A stretch of DNA of 42,406 nt. Source: a virus (Duplodnaviria; Caudoviricetes). The DNA lies in the IMG/VR virus record IMGVR_UViG_3300030372_002592, positions 1 to 42,406 of that record. The stretch is one strand, 5' to 3'. The position numbers were made by a program, and so were the translations under genes. Every line of letters starts with the position of its first letter. Positions within the stretch are counted from its first letter, which is position 1. Of the stretch, positions 27,261 to 35,987 are shown one piece after another. The notes under the pieces were generated by a model. It was not told where the DNA came from. It did no database searches and saw nothing but the letters and a program-made list of their open reading frames with translations.

Positions 27261-27472
27261 AAATAATTATTCTAGTCCTTTTGTTTAATGGTGATTTAGA
27301 ACAAAGAGTATACAAAATAAACCCAAAATGGACTACATGTAGTACATTTGCAGAACAATACTACAACAAAAATGCAACACACCATTGGGATATAGATGGA
27401 GATAGAACAAAACAAGGTTTCTACTTGAAAGATGGAACTGGCACTTTACAGGGATATATATGTAAATACTAA
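27257..27472 (+). CDS. Hypothetical protein
   Basis: ATGA coupling; hydrophobic N-terminus and Cys pair. Confidence 0.65.
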   Translation: MKIIILVLLFNGDLEQRVYKINPKWTTCSTFAEQYYNKNATHHWDIDGDRTKQGFYLKDGTGTLQGYICKY

Positions 27473-27498
27473 AAAAAAATATTTTTTATTTTTTGCTA

Positions 27499-27578
27499 TT
27501 GACATCTAATAAAAAATGTTTATATTGTCAGCATGTTTAAAAAAAATAAACATATAACACTAACGCAAACAATGGAGG
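27499..27578 (+). promoter_or_regulatory. Sigma70-like promoter plus leader
   Basis: TTGACA-16-TATATT; TAACGCAAACAATGGAGG. Confidence 0.55.
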
Positions 27579-27582
27579 GCTT

Positions 27583-27975
27583 ATGCCACTAGTAAATAGA
27601 TTACCTCAAAGAGTCAATAAATGGCTACAAGAAGGTAAGAAGCTTGGTCTGTTGACAGACAAGCAACAACTTGACTTTATTTCAAAGTATGTAGCTTTGA
27701 GAATGTCAGGAACACCAGTCTTAAGAAGAAGAAGTAAGACTATGGTTGAGGATCAAATTGACAAAGTTATAGATAATTTGATACCTACATATAATACCTT
27801 TGAACTTGATGTTCTTGTAAATGACATAAAGAGAGATGTTCAATATGTCAGCATTACACCATCAATGATTTACCATAGAATACAAAAAAGAGTAGATGCT
27901 GGTAAATTGGATAAGGTTGGAGTAGAGGGTACAAAAAAAGTAATCTATGCTCTTAAAAAAAAACTAAATCAATAA
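27583..27975 (+). CDS. Hypothetical protein, possible C-terminal winged helix
   Basis: GGAGG RBS; IYHRIQK.V..GKL.KV...IY.L. Confidence 0.7.
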   Translation: MPLVNRLPQRVNKWLQEGKKLGLLTDKQQLDFISKYVALRMSGTPVLRRRSKTMVEDQIDKVIDNLIPTYNTFELDVLVNDIKRDVQYVSITPSMIYHRIQKRVDAGKLDKVGVEGTKKVIYALKKKLNQ

Positions 27976-28032
27976 TTTACTAATAAAAATAATTAGTATA
28001 TAGTGATTGGTAATAACAAGAAAGGTGAACAC

Positions 28033-28197
28033 ATGGAAAGTCAAGTAAGAAGAAAACCAAAGACAAAAGTCTTACAAATACCATTGTCAGATGATGAGTA
28101 TAGTAAGATTGTTAAAGACGCAAAAAAAAATGGTAGAACAGTTCCAAAACAAGTTTATTTGGAGTGCTTAGAAAAATATATTACTAAGATAGCATAA
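28033..28197 (+). CDS. Ribbon-helix-helix (Arc/CopG-like) regulator
   Basis: VLQIPLSDDEY.KI...AKKNGRTV..Q. Confidence 0.6.
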   Translation: MESQVRRKPKTKVLQIPLSDDEYSKIVKDAKKNGRTVPKQVYLECLEKYITKIA

Positions 28198-28613
28198 TGG
28201 AATATTTTTTCTTAATATTGTTTGCACTTATGATTTTCTTTTGGATGGTAAAAAAAGAAAGCCAAAAGATAGAGCAAATGAATTTGCAACAATGGAGACA
28301 CTTGTATGAAAAAACAGGACAATTAGAAACCTTTTTTCATACATATAAAGAAGTAAACCAGTTCTACCAAACTGCTCAAAAAGAGTTAGATAGAGTAAAT
28401 AAAGAAATCAAAAATATGAATAAGTTAAATGACCAACTCTCAAAAGAGTTATTTAGACTTAAAGATATATTTGATGTGATTCCCATTCCTGACAGTAATG
28501 GTCAGAAATATGTGTGGGATATTAAAAAACCAAATGATCATCTAAAGGTGGTTGATCTTAAAAAGAAAGGTAAAAAAGATGACAAGGGAAGTGATAACAA
28601 GAACAATCATTGA
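28197..28613 (+). CDS. Membrane-anchored coiled-coil hypothetical protein
   Basis: N-terminal TM YFFLILFALMIFFWMV. Confidence 0.7.
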   Translation: MEYFFLILFALMIFFWMVKKESQKIEQMNLQQWRHLYEKTGQLETFFHTYKEVNQFYQTAQKELDRVNKEIKNMNKLNDQLSKELFRLKDIFDVIPIPDSNGQKYVWDIKKPNDHLKVVDLKKKGKKDDKGSDNKNNH

Positions 28614-28983
28614 AGTAAATCAATCAATGAACAATGACCAAGTATTTCAAGTTAATCTTGGAATATTTATGAGAAACGTAAGACTAAGTAAAGGAAAAAC
28701 CCAGTCAGATGTTGCAAAAGCAATAAACGTCACATTCCAACAAATTCAAAAATACGAAAAAGGAAGTAATGCAGTAAGCATTTTTAAACTTCTTACTTGG
28801 TGGAATTATATGAAGCTAGATGTGTCTATAGGTAGTGTCTTGGCTAAGTGTATGGGCAATCATTATTTGCAACAAATTTTTATGAATTGTGCAGATGAGA
28901 GTGCAATAGAAAGGGTAAAACAACAAGTTATCAATAAACAGATTGATATGAAAAAATTTGATGCCTTTATTGACATCAATTAA
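28579..28983 (+). CDS. XRE-family HTH transcriptional regulator
   Basis: R...G.TQ.DVA.AI.VTFQQIQKYEKG.N, typical alphaproteobacterial XRE motif. Confidence 0.88.
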   Translation: MTREVITRTIIEVNQSMNNDQVFQVNLGIFMRNVRLSKGKTQSDVAKAINVTFQQIQKYEKGSNAVSIFKLLTWWNYMKLDVSIGSVLAKCMGNHYLQQIFMNCADESAIERVKQQVINKQIDMKKFDAFIDIN

Positions 28984-29019
28984 TTTATATTATATTTTAC
29001 TGATAACAAAAAAATGGAG
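28970..29019 (+). promoter_or_regulatory. Sigma70-like promoter plus conserved leader
   Basis: TTGACA-17-TATTTT; GATAACAAAAAAATGGAG. Confidence 0.6.
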
Positions 29020-29024
29020 TGATT

Positions 29025-29273
29025 ATGAAAAAAACATTATTGATAATAACATTATTGTTTTTGACTAATTGTGCATACAAACCATTGGTTAATCCTGAAA
29101 CAAGTAGGGATAAGTGGAGTGGTGAGAACATTGCTGGTAATTATTACAAAGACTTACAAGCATGTAATTATATTTGGGAAAGGGAAACTAAATACAAATT
29201 ACCTTTTGAAAAACCTGATATACGTTTCATTACTAAATGTATGAATGATTATGGTTATTCAATATTGAGGTGA
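29025..29273 (+). CDS. Putative lipoprotein
   Basis: MKK + hydrophobic stretch + LTNC lipobox; two further Cys. Confidence 0.75.
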   Translation: MKKTLLIITLLFLTNCAYKPLVNPETSRDKWSGENIAGNYYKDLQACNYIWERETKYKLPFEKPDIRFITKCMNDYGYSILR

Positions 29274-29278
29274 AACCT

Positions 29279-29434
29279 ATGTCTTACCTAGAGTTTAAAT
29301 TAACTCTAGAATTGCATCAAGTTATTACCTTTGAAAGGGATAAAATGGTGCAAAAGATGTATAACAAATACTTAAAGGAGTATAATGACAAACAAACCAA
29401 AAATGGAAAAACAGACGAGCAAGGAACTAAATAG
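29279..29434 (+). CDS. Hypothetical small protein (MSYLEFKL...)
   Basis: GAGG RBS; fills the gap between neighbours. Confidence 0.55.
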   Translation: MSYLEFKLTLELHQVITFERDKMVQKMYNKYLKEYNDKQTKNGKTDEQGTK

Positions 29435-29780
29435 ACATGCAGAAGATATAAAAGAAATATGTCATAATACTGTAAGAAAACTTGAGGGTGATGATTATTC
29501 TCTAGGTACTGTTGGTCTATTAAAACAAGCATTTAAAGTTCTTGATAAATCACCAATAACTACTCAGATGAATAATGACCATTGGCAAAAAGTTTTAGAT
29601 ATGACTCATGATTTAAGAGAACATATTTATAAATATACGTCATTTATAAGTATGATACAGATTAGATATACAAGTGAAAATGCTAATATCAAAAACCTTG
29701 ACAAAGTTATTGAACAAGCTAATCTAAATATAGAACGAGATACTGGATTACCAGTAGATAACAAAAAAGATGGAGAATAA
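29385..29780 (+). CDS. Hypothetical protein
   Basis: AAGGAG RBS; coupled to next gene. Confidence 0.7.
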   Translation: MTNKPKMEKQTSKELNRHAEDIKEICHNTVRKLEGDDYSLGTVGLLKQAFKVLDKSPITTQMNNDHWQKVLDMTHDLREHIYKYTSFISMIQIRYTSENANIKNLDKVIEQANLNIERDTGLPVDNKKDGE

Positions 29781-30535
29781 TGGACTTAGAAAGATATACG
29801 CATAGTTATTCATCAGGTAATAGTTTTATGGATAATAAATCAGCTTGGATATTAAGATATATTTTAAAACACTCATCACCTACTTATCCAGCTTTTGGTC
29901 GTGGTTTAAGTGCAGAATTTGGTGCTTATGTAATTTTAAAAAGAATGTCCCAGTTTAAAGAAACAAAAAACATAGATGACTTAATTAAATGGTATTTTGG
30001 CAAAAGAGTAACTCTACCTAAAACAGAAAAATATTATGATGAAGTCAATAATGCTATTGCTATTGCAAAACAATTTGTGAAAGCTTTACAAGAAAAACAA
30101 TTAACTAGAATAAAACATTATCAAAGAAAGATTGTGGTAGAGGGTAAAAAATATGGTCTTAAGTATGACATCATAATGTATACAGATTTTGGTTTTGACA
30201 ATGTAATAGTTGATACAAAAGCTAAAACAAAACTAATGCAATGTTCTAGAGGAGAGATAAGACAACAAGCATTATATTCTAAATTAAGTGGTGAGAAATG
30301 TATTATTCTTACTGCTACACCTAAAAAATTTAGGTTTGATGAGGTTCTTCCAAATGATGTTGAACAAGGTTTTGAGGAGTGTCTATCCTTGTTTAAAACA
30401 ATAGAAAACTTTTTGGATGTATGCAAAGACAAGCACGATGCAATAAAGATTACTCCACTTAACACAGATGGTTGGATGTTTGACGACTATACAAGAAAGA
30501 AAGCAAAGGAAATATGGAGCAAAAACCAAAAGTAA
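29780..30535 (+). CDS. PD-(D/E)xK exonuclease (RecB/Cas4-like recombination nuclease)
   Basis: H.S.S N-terminal motif; TDF...IVDTK; QQALY; adjacent to SSAP. Confidence 0.72.
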   Translation: MDLERYTHSYSSGNSFMDNKSAWILRYILKHSSPTYPAFGRGLSAEFGAYVILKRMSQFKETKNIDDLIKWYFGKRVTLPKTEKYYDEVNNAIAIAKQFVKALQEKQLTRIKHYQRKIVVEGKKYGLKYDIIMYTDFGFDNVIVDTKAKTKLMQCSRGEIRQQALYSKLSGEKCIILTATPKKFRFDEVLPNDVEQGFEECLSLFKTIENFLDVCKDKHDAIKITPLNTDGWMFDDYTRKKAKEIWSKNQK

Positions 30536-31014
30536 AGGGAGTAGAAGATTTGTTATATGAATTGGCTAGACCATTTAAAACAGATCAAATTGAGTGGAGG
30601 GCTCAAAGAGTAAGTAAAGACAAAGTAGGTAATGATGTTGCTATGATGTTGGCTTATGTGACTGTCAATACAGTAAGAGATAGACTTGATGAAGTCATGG
30701 GTCATAACTGGCAATGTAAACATGAAGTATTTGGTTCTAAAACTATATGTCATATAGGATTAAAACTAAATGGAGAGTGGATATGGCGGTCTGATGGTGC
30801 AGGTGATACTGCTTACGAAGCAGATAAAGGAGCAATATCAGATAGCTTAAAAAGAGCAGGTGTATCATGGGGTATTGGAAGACATCTTTACAGTATCAAA
30901 TCTGCTAATGCTAGTGGTCAGATATGGGTAAAATGTGAATTATCTAAAGCTGGTAAGTTTAGGAAAGCATTAGAAGACCCATGGTCAAAAGTAAGGAGTG
31001 ATTTTGATGGCTAA
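30514..31014 (+). CDS. Rad52/Sak-family single-strand annealing protein
   Basis: L..PF...IEWR...LAYV....V.DRLDEV.G..W...KGAISDSLKRA...WGIGR.LY. Confidence 0.9.
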   Translation: MEQKPKVKGVEDLLYELARPFKTDQIEWRAQRVSKDKVGNDVAMMLAYVTVNTVRDRLDEVMGHNWQCKHEVFGSKTICHIGLKLNGEWIWRSDGAGDTAYEADKGAISDSLKRAGVSWGIGRHLYSIKSANASGQIWVKCELSKAGKFRKALEDPWSKVRSDFDG

Positions 31015-31171
31015 ATTTACAATAATTAAACTATCAGATATAAAATCTAGTCCTAATTTTAGGTTAGATGCAAAATATTGGGTTCAAAAGAACCTATTAA
31101 AAGAAAGGAGAAACAATGGCTATAGAAAAACCAGTATGGATAGGTCTACTAAAGTTCACACCAAAAGGTGA
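31007..31171 (+). CDS. Hypothetical small protein (MAKFTIIKLSDI...FRLDAKYW)
   Basis: AGGAG RBS; 54 aa. Confidence 0.55.
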   Translation: MAKFTIIKLSDIKSSPNFRLDAKYWVQKNLLKERRNNGYRKTSMDRSTKVHTKR

Positions 31172-31388
31172 TAGACCGAATCCAAAAGCACCTCTATATA
31201 CCAGCAGTAAGTTCAAGCTAATGCAAGACTTACCAAAAGGTGAATATGATGTAGCTTTTTTTGATTGGGGAGAAACAACTCAGAGTGGTACTCCAAAAGT
31301 AGTTATCAAAATAGATAACCCATATCAAAAGAAAGTAGACCCAAGAAAAGACTTGGGTAAAGATATAGATGATGATATGCCTTTCTAG
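31116..31388 (+). CDS. Putative single-stranded DNA-binding protein
   Basis: NPKAP.Y motif, acidic tail DIDDDMPF; next to Sak. Confidence 0.65.
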   Translation: MAIEKPVWIGLLKFTPKGDRPNPKAPLYTSSKFKLMQDLPKGEYDVAFFDWGETTQSGTPKVVIKIDNPYQKKVDPRKDLGKDIDDDMPF

Positions 31389-31398
31389 TAAAGGATAT

Positions 31399-31626
31399 AT
31401 GAACATTTTAACAGGTAGTATCCTTTATTTGACACTATTGGATATTGTGAAAAATTACTTGATTAAATTGTGGATTAGTAGTACATCTGATTTTGTAAAC
31501 CAAATAACTTGGTCTACAGATAAAAAAGCTGAAGATTTCATTAAAGAAGTCGCAGAAAGTTTGCCTAAAAACATAAGGGCAACCATAGAGGAGAAAGATG
31601 AACGAGCAACTGAGAAAACTCGTTGA
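31399..31626 (+). CDS. Hypothetical protein (start uncertain)
   Basis: Open frame filling operon gap. Confidence 0.5.
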   Translation: MNILTGSILYLTLLDIVKNYLIKLWISSTSDFVNQITWSTDKKAEDFIKEVAESLPKNIRATIEEKDERATEKTR

Positions 31627-31774
31627 TGCTTTGGATAGTACACATAATAAGTATGTTCAAACTGTACATACTCATGGAGGTGTTAATCTTGAAGCTAGTA
31701 AGTTGGGTAGAGAGTACAAAGATATTCAACGAGAAATAATTAAGACAGATATTGTAAATAAGAAAGAACAATAG
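31598..31774 (+). CDS. Hypothetical protein (58 aa, MNEQLRKLVD...)
   Basis: GAGGAG RBS. Confidence 0.65.
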   Translation: MNEQLRKLVDALDSTHNKYVQTVHTHGGVNLEASKLGREYKDIQREIIKTDIVNKKEQ

Positions 31775-31862
31775 TCTTAATTAAAAATACAGGAAGTTAA
31801 ATAAAAACTATTAGTTTAGTCATTAGGCTTCTTGTACCTTAACTTAAAAAAATGGAGTAAAA

Positions 31863-31973
31863 ATGAAGAAATATAAAAAATATATTGATAAATTCCACTT
31901 ATGGCATTTAATGTATAGACAAGAAATAATAATTTTTATCTTAGGTTTTATTACAGGAGCAATAATATTATGA
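31863..31973 (+). CDS. Small membrane protein (36 aa)
   Basis: GGAG RBS; C-terminal TM; ATGA coupling. Confidence 0.65.
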   Translation: MKKYKKYIDKFHLWHLMYRQEIIIFILGFITGAIIL

Positions 31974-32323
31974 GCAATATAGAACATACTACTTACATAT
32001 TAGACCCTGATAGAACATTTCAAGAATTAGAAACTGCTTCTGAAGAAAAAGCAAATGCCTTAAGAGATTTTAGAAGATTAGAATATCACTTACCTATTTT
32101 AAAAGCTAAGATGAAACAATCTTTTATTAGGTCAGGTGATAAGTCTACTGATGCTAGTGATAAAGCTATCCTAAGTGGTGAATATGCAAAACATATTGAT
32201 GCTTTGGTTCTTGCTGAAAGCATATACTCAAGAAAAAAAGATTCTTATGATAATAAAAGAGCATTAAAAGATATGCGTATCACTCAAGAATCTAGTGCAA
32301 GACACATGATCAAAGGCACATGA
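31970..32323 (+). CDS. Helical hypothetical protein
   Basis: AGGAG RBS; coiled-coil character. Confidence 0.75.
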   Translation: MSNIEHTTYILDPDRTFQELETASEEKANALRDFRRLEYHLPILKAKMKQSFIRSGDKSTDASDKAILSGEYAKHIDALVLAESIYSRKKDSYDNKRALKDMRITQESSARHMIKGT

Positions 32324-32511
32324 GATATAACTTTGTCGTTACTCCTGATAAAGGTGAAACTGAAAACATACAAGCTATGTCATATAAAAAAATGTTGAAA
32401 CAAATTGTGAACAAGTTTCCAAAGCAGAAAGTCTTTGTTTCTTACAAAAATAAAAAAGATCATTTAATTGAGAAAAACGTAGATACCTCTAAAATTAAGC
32501 AAAAAGACTAA
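32320..32511 (+). CDS. Hypothetical protein
   Basis: ATGA coupling; AMSYKK...Y.NKK. Confidence 0.7.
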   Translation: MRYNFVVTPDKGETENIQAMSYKKMLKQIVNKFPKQKVFVSYKNKKDHLIEKNVDTSKIKQKD

Positions 32512-32520
32512 AATAAAACC

Positions 32521-32575
32521 TCCTGAGGTGTCCATATATTAACATCCTGACCCTTTTTGATAGTTGGGTATACCC
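32521..32575 (+). repeat. Dispersed spacing-conserved element, copy 1
   Basis: TCCTGAGGTG-N7-ATTAA-N11-TTTTTGATA-N4-GGTATACCC. Confidence 0.7.
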
Positions 32576-32625
32576 CTTTTTTTTGGTATATTGATTTGTC
32601 TTATGACAAACCTTCCCTAAGGGTT

Positions 32626-32662
32626 GTGGGTGTGGAAGCGAGAGTGGAAGCACCCACTTTTT
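32626..32662 (+). terminator. Intrinsic terminator-like hairpin with GGAA/GGAA internal loop
   Basis: GTGGGTG T GGAA GC GAGA GT GGAA G CACCCAC TTTTT. Confidence 0.7.
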
Positions 32663-32775
32663 CTTTGCGTATTTTTTTTTTAGAATGACATATATATATT
32701 GAGGGTTAAGTATTTCACATTCCTATTGTTTAACTTAGCCCTCTAATAATGGCTAATAATAATTATTTTTTTCTA

Positions 32776-32828
32776 TTGACAAAGGTTTTTGATTGTGGTA
32801 CTCTATAGGATAACTAAATAAATGGAGG
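32776..32828 (+). promoter_or_regulatory. Extended -10 sigma70-like promoter plus conserved leader
   Basis: TTGACA-17-TACTCT with TGn; GATAACTAAATAAATGGAGG. Confidence 0.65.
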
Positions 32829-32832
32829 CACA

Positions 32833-33045
32833 ATGATAACATTTAAAATAGAGTACAAAATACATAACCACTACTTTACAAAAAAAGTAAGTGATAATGT
32901 AGACAAAGACTGTCCAAAACTTTCTAAATTTGTAGAACGATATTGGGATGGTGATATTGATAACGTAAAAATTACGAACTTAGAAACAGGTCAAGTTATT
33001 GACTATGACAAAGAAGAAACTTTAAGGAGGGTTAATGAAAGATAG
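32833..33045 (+). CDS. Hypothetical protein
   Basis: GGAGG RBS. Confidence 0.7.
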   Translation: MITFKIEYKIHNHYFTKKVSDNVDKDCPKLSKFVERYWDGDIDNVKITNLETGQVIDYDKEETLRRVNER

Positions 33046-33589
33046 CCAACGAAGTAAATTGTACAAAGTAGAGAGAATATGGGAAAGACAATTTACAAAA
33101 GAAAATGGTGGTGGCAAAGCTATTGGATTTAAGGATACAAGAGAAGCACAAAACTATGCCACTTGGATATGGATAAATTTCAAGATGAAAATATATCCAT
33201 CATCAATTAGGAGACAAGTATCTAGAGTAAAATGCTTTCCTAAAAGAGGTAGAACATCTTGTTGTCATAGTGGTTATCATCAAGACAGAAAATCAAGTAA
33301 GTATTACAAAAAGATAGAGTTATCAAGAATGTGTGGTCATGATGCTTTTACAGTAATACATGAAATGACTCATGCACTTTGCCCTAGTCGTGTTCATCAT
33401 GGACCAGAGTTTGTAAAATGCTTTATGTTCTTACTTGCACATTATCTTAATTATGATTTAGGTATGATGTGTAGAATTGCTAATGAACATAATTTACAAT
33501 TCCATAGTGAAGATGTTTATCTAAATACTAAGTTTAATAAAATTGTAAAAAAAGAAGTAGATATAGAAGCAGAAAAGTTAAGTGCCTAA
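33035..33589 (+). CDS. HEXXH zinc metalloprotease-like protein (SprT/Rv0185-like)
   Basis: DSQRSK.Y..E; TVIHEMTH.L....HGPEF. Confidence 0.8.
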   Translation: MKDSQRSKLYKVERIWERQFTKENGGGKAIGFKDTREAQNYATWIWINFKMKIYPSSIRRQVSRVKCFPKRGRTSCCHSGYHQDRKSSKYYKKIELSRMCGHDAFTVIHEMTHALCPSRVHHGPEFVKCFMFLLAHYLNYDLGMMCRIANEHNLQFHSEDVYLNTKFNKIVKKEVDIEAEKLSA

Positions 33590-33595
33590 AAGGGA

Positions 33596-33646
33596 ACCAC
33601 CCCAGTAGATTCGATTCAAAAAGGGATAAGATATACTGGGGATGGT
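33596..33646. terminator. Long-loop hairpin between convergent transcription units
   Basis: ACCA-CCCCAGTA ... TACTGGGG-A-TGGT. Confidence 0.55.
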
Positions 33647-33681
33647 GGGCTTCAATAAACTAAAAAACTTATTACTGAATA

Positions 33682-34002
33682 TCATTTTTTCTTATTAATA
33701 TCAAGTCTTAATAATGTATATAATTTCTTTTTCAATCTTGGGTTGCTTTTAAATATTTTTTCATAACCATCACCGACAGCTTTAGCAATAGGTTCTTCAC
33801 CTTTTTTATTAACATCTATTTCTTCATGATACATAATTATATGAAACAGTTCATGCATCCATGTATTGAACAGTTTAAAACCTTTTTGTCTTTTATCTAT
33901 TTGTAATTTTTTATTATTTGGGTCATATAGACCATAGCAATCTTTAAGATGAGTATACTCTACACCTATCTTGTACTTTCCATATCTTATAGACTTTATC
34001 AT
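33682..34002 (-). CDS. Small HEXXH-motif phage protein
   Basis: YGLYD.....LQID...TWMHELFH...EE. Confidence 0.75.
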   Translation of the reverse strand: MIKSIRYGKYKIGVEYTHLKDCYGLYDPNNKKLQIDKRQKGFKLFNTWMHELFHIIMYHEEIDVNKKGEEPIAKAVGDGYEKIFKSNPRLKKKLYTLLRLDINKKK

Positions 34003-34005
34003 TAA

Positions 34006-34248
34006 TCATTTCTCGTCTTGTCTGATTTTGTCATAGACCATATCTAATAATCTATAAGCTATTTTAAATGCTTCTCTTACCCCAATGATTTTAGATGTGA
34101 CAGTACCTAACTCATCACCAATTTGTAAAAGAATCTTTCCTGTACTCTTGCTTTTTGCTAGATGCACGAAAGGTTTTCCATCTTTAACCTTATCGTAGTT
34201 CTTACCATATATTGTTTTTTTTAACTTTTCGTAATCCTCTTCCATCAT
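34006..34248 (-). CDS. Hypothetical protein
   Basis: AAGGA RBS; overlaps upstream gene. Confidence 0.65.
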   Translation of the reverse strand: MMEEDYEKLKKTIYGKNYDKVKDGKPFVHLAKSKSTGKILLQIGDELGTVTSKIIGVREAFKIAYRLLDMVYDKIRQDEK

Positions 34249-35017
34249 ATTCCTTTTCTAACCTCTGCATTGATACGTTATGTACTTCCTGTATATGTTC
34301 ATCCCAAATAATTATTTCACTTACTTGGTATGTCCACCCAGTCAAGCTATGTCTAGCATAACTTTCTATATGATTATAGGGTAAAGAACAGCCCACATTA
34401 ACAATTCTAGTAAAATCGTTCTTTTTATTACTGATTTTGGCTACTCTATTGTCTTGTGCCCTATGGCTATGTCCAAAAACTATGTCTATTTTTGACTTGT
34501 TGGCTACTTGTCTTTCACTAGCTTCACCACCATATTCTTTTCCCATTGGATTTAAGGGAGCATGTATAAAACCTACACCACCTAACATTAGATAAGTTCC
34601 ATAAGGTATTACTTCCCATTTATATTTTTTTAAAGTTCCTAACAATTCTTTTTGTCCAAGACCATAAAAAGATGGGTTCTTATCTTCATACCTCCATAAT
34701 CTTCTTTCATGATTACCCATTGTAATATATTTTGGAATTTTTTTATCTTTCAACCAATAATCAAACTCTTCTAATGCACCTTCAAGTGATTGCATCTCTT
34801 GAGTAAAATATGGTTTTTCTATTCTTGCAGTATAAGTATCATCTTTAATATAATGCGTGCAAGAATCTAAAGTGACTAGATCACCAATGTGAACAATAAC
34901 ATCAGGTTTAATATTATTTATATGTTTTGAGAACCAACCAAATCTTTTTTTGTCAGGTATATGTGGACTATCATGAGTATCACCAATAACAAAAACTTTT
35001 AGTTTTTTAGATTTCAT
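34202..35017 (-). CDS. Calcineurin-like metallophosphoesterase
   Basis: GDTH, HIGD, GNHE, FIH, GHSHR motifs. Confidence 0.92.
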   Translation of the reverse strand: MKSKKLKVFVIGDTHDSPHIPDKKRFGWFSKHINNIKPDVIVHIGDLVTLDSCTHYIKDDTYTARIEKPYFTQEMQSLEGALEEFDYWLKDKKIPKYITMGNHERRLWRYEDKNPSFYGLGQKELLGTLKKYKWEVIPYGTYLMLGGVGFIHAPLNPMGKEYGGEASERQVANKSKIDIVFGHSHRAQDNRVAKISNKKNDFTRIVNVGCSLPYNHIESYARHSLTGWTYQVSEIIIWDEHIQEVHNVSMQRLEKEYDGRGLRKVKKNNIW

Positions 35018-35068
35018 AGATTAGAAGTTGTAACAAATTAAAGTTGCAATTACAATCTTAAGTTGGAT

Positions 35069-35281
35069 TCAAGTATTGGTTGCAGGTTTACAATCAAACT
35101 TTAGATATATTCCATGAGCATTGATTTCTTTACGACCTATTTCTTCTATTTTATCATATGATTTTTGATAACCATCTAATAAACAATCATACATTGAATT
35201 ATAGTTTGTTGGAAAAGTGAATGGTGTTAAACACGCACCTTGATAATAAGAACACATAACTATAGTCAAAATAAACTTCAT
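35069..35281 (-). CDS. Hypothetical Cys-containing protein
   Basis: L.I.MCS....C...YDCL..GY...F.C. Confidence 0.7.
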   Translation of the reverse strand: MKFILTIVMCSYYQGACLTPFTFPTNYNSMYDCLLDGYQKSYDKIEEIGRKEINAHGIYLKFDCKPATNT

Positions 35282-35327
35282 AATTATGCAATATCCTATT
35301 TTTACTACTTTTGATAGAAATAAATCG

Positions 35328-35382
35328 TCCTGAGGTGAACGTACATTAAGATTTTAAAGTCTTTTGATACCTTACTACCTGT
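35328..35382 (+). repeat. Dispersed spacing-conserved element, copy 2
   Basis: TCCTGAGGTG-N7-ATTAA-N11-CTTTTGATA; last block degenerate. Confidence 0.65.
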
Positions 35383-35778
35383 TTATTTTTTGTTTCCTGG
35401 ACCACCATTTTTAAATATTTGTGTTCCTTTGATACCAAAAATACTTGCAACAACAGTTATCCATAAAGTTTGAAACCATACTGGCAGATTACCAAAATGA
35501 TGAAAAAACAATTCAATCTTTTCCATCATAGCTGGGTCATCACTAAATACTGCCCAAGCTAACACCACTATGGGCGCACTAAGGATTAAAAGTACAAATT
35601 CATCTTTGTAGTCATTTTGTCTAGCCTCAAGAAGTTTGCCCTCGTATTCTCTCTCTCCACGAGCCATCTTTTCTGCAGTAAGTAGTGCTGCCTGTGACAT
35701 GGCTTCTTTTTGTCTTTGTTTGTTAGCATATATTTTACTTCCAGTTGATACTGCTAATTTAATTGCTGACAACCACAT
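35383..35778 (-). CDS. Probable holin (3TM/GTA-type)
   Basis: KDEFVLLILSAPIV...LP.WF..L....VASIFGIK; near endolysin. Confidence 0.65.
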   Translation of the reverse strand: MWLSAIKLAVSTGSKIYANKQRQKEAMSQAALLTAEKMARGEREYEGKLLEARQNDYKDEFVLLILSAPIVVLAWAVFSDDPAMMEKIELFFHHFGNLPVWFQTLWITVVASIFGIKGTQIFKNGGPGNKK

Positions 35779-35780
35779 TT

Positions 35781-35987
35781 TTACCTCCAATTTGCTAGTT
35801 CATCTAGCATCTCTTTTGCTTTACTTATTTTTTGCATTTCTTTATCTACTGTTTCTACAATATTGATATGTTCTCCAACACCAACAGGACTCTGCATATA
35901 TACTTTTATATTTGCTTCTGCAGTAGACATTTGACTTTGATATTTCTTTTCTAATGCATCTATAATAGCATCTTTAAAACTTGGCAT
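35781..35987 (-). CDS. Conserved hypothetical protein
   Basis: A.ANI.VY...PVGVGEH..I.E..D; TAATG coupling to endolysin. Confidence 0.7.
   Translation of the reverse strand: MPSFKDAIIDALEKKYQSQMSTAEANIKVYMQSPVGVGEHINIVETVDKEMQKISKAKEMLDELANWR

Noticed and set aside
29780-30535. Cas4-like nuclease as sign of a CRISPR system
   Set aside because: No array or other cas genes; context with Sak and SSB indicates a recombination exonuclease
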